Assembly (NCBI RefSeq): GCF_964194155.1 | Contig: NC_135883.1 | Span: forward strand, 67,208,001 to 67,272,000 | DNA from: Cetorhinus maximus | Lineage: Eukaryota | Direction: 5' to 3' | DNA: 64,000 bases | Part shown: positions 62,035 to 64,000 of the stretch, piece by piece | How positions within the stretch are numbered: position 1 is the stretch's first letter | Layout: every line of letters starts with the position of its first letter | Translations under genes and position numbers: made by a program | Notes under the pieces: generated by a model | What the model saw: only the letters and a program-made list of their open reading frames with translations | The model's database searches: none | Told to the model about the DNA's origin: nothing

Positions 62035-63910
62035 ATACATACATACGACCATACAAATTTGGAGCAGGAGTAGGCCATTTGGCCCTTCGAGCCTGCTCCA
62101 CCATTCCATAAGATCATGGCTGATCTGACTGTAATCTCAACTCCACATTACTGCCTACCCCTGATAACCTTTCACCCCCTTGCTTATCAAGAGCCTATCT
62201 GGCTCTGCCTTAAAAATATTCAAAGACTCTGCTTCCACCACCTTTGAGGATGAGAGTTCCAATGATTCACAATCTTCTGAGAGAAAACATTTCTCCTCAT
62301 CTCTGTCTTAAATGGGTGACCCCTTATTTTTAAACAGTGGTCCCTAGTACTAGATTCTTCCACAAGAGGAAACATCCTCTCCACATCAACCCTTTCAAGA
62401 TCCATCAGGATCTTATATGTTTCAATCAAGTCGCCTCTTACTCTTCTAAGCTCCAGCAGATACAAGCTTAACCTGTCCAACTTTTCTTCATAAGACAACC
62501 CGCCCCTTCCAGGTATGACTTTAGTAAGCCTTCTCTGAATTACTTTCAACGCATTTCATCCTTCCTTAAATAAGAGACCAATACTGTACACAACATTCCA
62601 GATGTGGTCTCACCAATGCCCTGCACAACTGAAGCATAAACTCCCTACTTTTGTATTCAGTTCCCTTCACAATAACCAATAACATTCTATTATCTTTCCT
62701 AATTACTTGCTGCACCTGCATGCTAGCCTTTTGTGATTCATGCACTAAGAAACCCAGGTCCCTCTGAATCTCAGAGCTCTGCAATCTCTCACCATTTAGA
62801 TGGTATGCTTCTCTTTTAGCTTTCCTGCCAAAATGAACAATTTCACACTTTCTCACATTATACTCCATTTGCCAGGTTTTTTCCCAATCACTTTACCTAT
62901 CTATGTCTCTTTGTAGCCTCCTTGTGTCCTCTTCACTTCTTAATAACCTACCTATCTTTGTGTCATCAGCAAATTTAGCAACCATACCTTCGGCCCCTTC
63001 ATTCAAGCCACTTATATAAGTTGTAAAATGTTGAGACTGATCCCTGTGACACACCACTCGTTACATCTTGCCAACCAGAAAAAAGACCCATTTATGCCTA
63101 CCCTCTGTTTCCTGTTAGCTAGTCAATCTTCAATACATGCCAATATGCTACCCCCTACACCATGAGCTTTTATTTTCCACAATAACCTTTGATGTGGCAC
63201 CTTTTCAAATGCCTTCTGGAAATCTAAGTTCAATACCTCCACCGGTTCCCCTTTGTCCACAGCATATGTTACTGCCTCAAGTAAATAAATTGGTTAAACA
63301 TGATTTCCCATTCACAAAACCATGTTGACTCTGCCTGAATACCCTGAATTTTTCCAAGTGCCCTGCTATAATGTTAATGTATAATAATAGCTTCTAACAT
63401 TTTCCCATGACAGATATTAAGCTAACTGGCCTGTAGTTTCCTGCTTTCTGTCTACCTCCCTTTTTAAATAAAGGAGTTACATGCACTATTTTCCAATCTA
63501 ATGGAACCTTCCTTGAATCTAGTGAATTTTAGAAAAATTAAAACCAACGCATCAACTATCTCACTAGTCACTTCTTTTAAGACCCTAGGATGAAGTCCAT
63601 CAGAACTCGGGAACTTGTCAGCTCACAGCTCCAACAATTTGCTCAGTACCACTTCCCTGGTGATTGTAATTTTCTTGAATTCCTCCATCCCTTCCATTTC
63701 TTGATTTACAGCAGTTTCTGGGAAGTTACTTGTATCCTCCATAGTGAAGACCGAAACAGAATACCAGTTCAATTCATCTGCCATCTCCTTATTTTCCATT
63801 ATTAAGTCTCCCGACTCACTTTCAATAGGACCAATACTCACTTTGTTAACTCTTCCTTTTAAAATATCTATAGAAACTCTTACTATCTGTCTTAACATTT
63901 CTAGCTAGCT
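62035..63910 (-). mobile_element. CR1 LINE ORF2 3' portion, degenerate
   Basis: ELNWYSVSVF, KFADDTK, LVRPHLECCVQYW, LELRRVRGDLIE; similar to 1790-2672 and 47110-48301. Confidence 0.92.
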
Positions 63911-64000
63911 TTTTTTTTAAATTCATTCATGGGTTGTGGGCTTTGCTGCCTGGACCAGCATTTATTGCCCATCCCTAGTTGCCCTTGAGAAGGTGGTGGT
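63911..64000 (-). mobile_element. 3' tail of the second LINE family, cut by window end
   Basis: TTTTTAAATTCATTCATGGG..TTTATTGCCCATCCCTAGTTGCCCTTGAGAAGG, as at 38465. Confidence 0.85.

Overview
Repeat-saturated, apparently intergenic or intronic vertebrate DNA. The repeat spectrum (CR1 LINEs with SGNH-esterase ORF1, L2 remnants, tRNA-headed SINEs, Penelope fragments, many Harbinger elements, minisatellites) looks to me like a cartilaginous fish; this is inference from recall, not a database result. I recognise no host protein-coding gene, rRNA, true tRNA or CRISPR array; almost all long ORFs are transposon remnants or open frames through tandem repeats. Main content: (1) a Gypsy-type LTR element (LTRs 1212-1466 and 11389-11634) with nested CR1 and Harbinger insertions; (2) a two-gene Harbinger (transposase plus spliced Myb/SANT gene, about 41.3-48.8 kb) in which a young CR1 is fused in frame to the transposase tail, giving a 584-aa RT ORF; (3) a full-length decayed Tigger/pogo (28585-31041); (4) six Harbinger-type non-autonomous elements with 3-bp TSDs; (5) a perfect 78-bp-arm palindrome of Penelope type with a 12-bp TSD; (6) seven minisatellites, five sharing a CCAG(T) core on the same strand; (7) a second Gypsy and a Copia-like gag remnant. 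The sequence does not support a new biological system. The most notable items are the chimeric RT ORF, the perfect palindrome and the minisatellite organisation.
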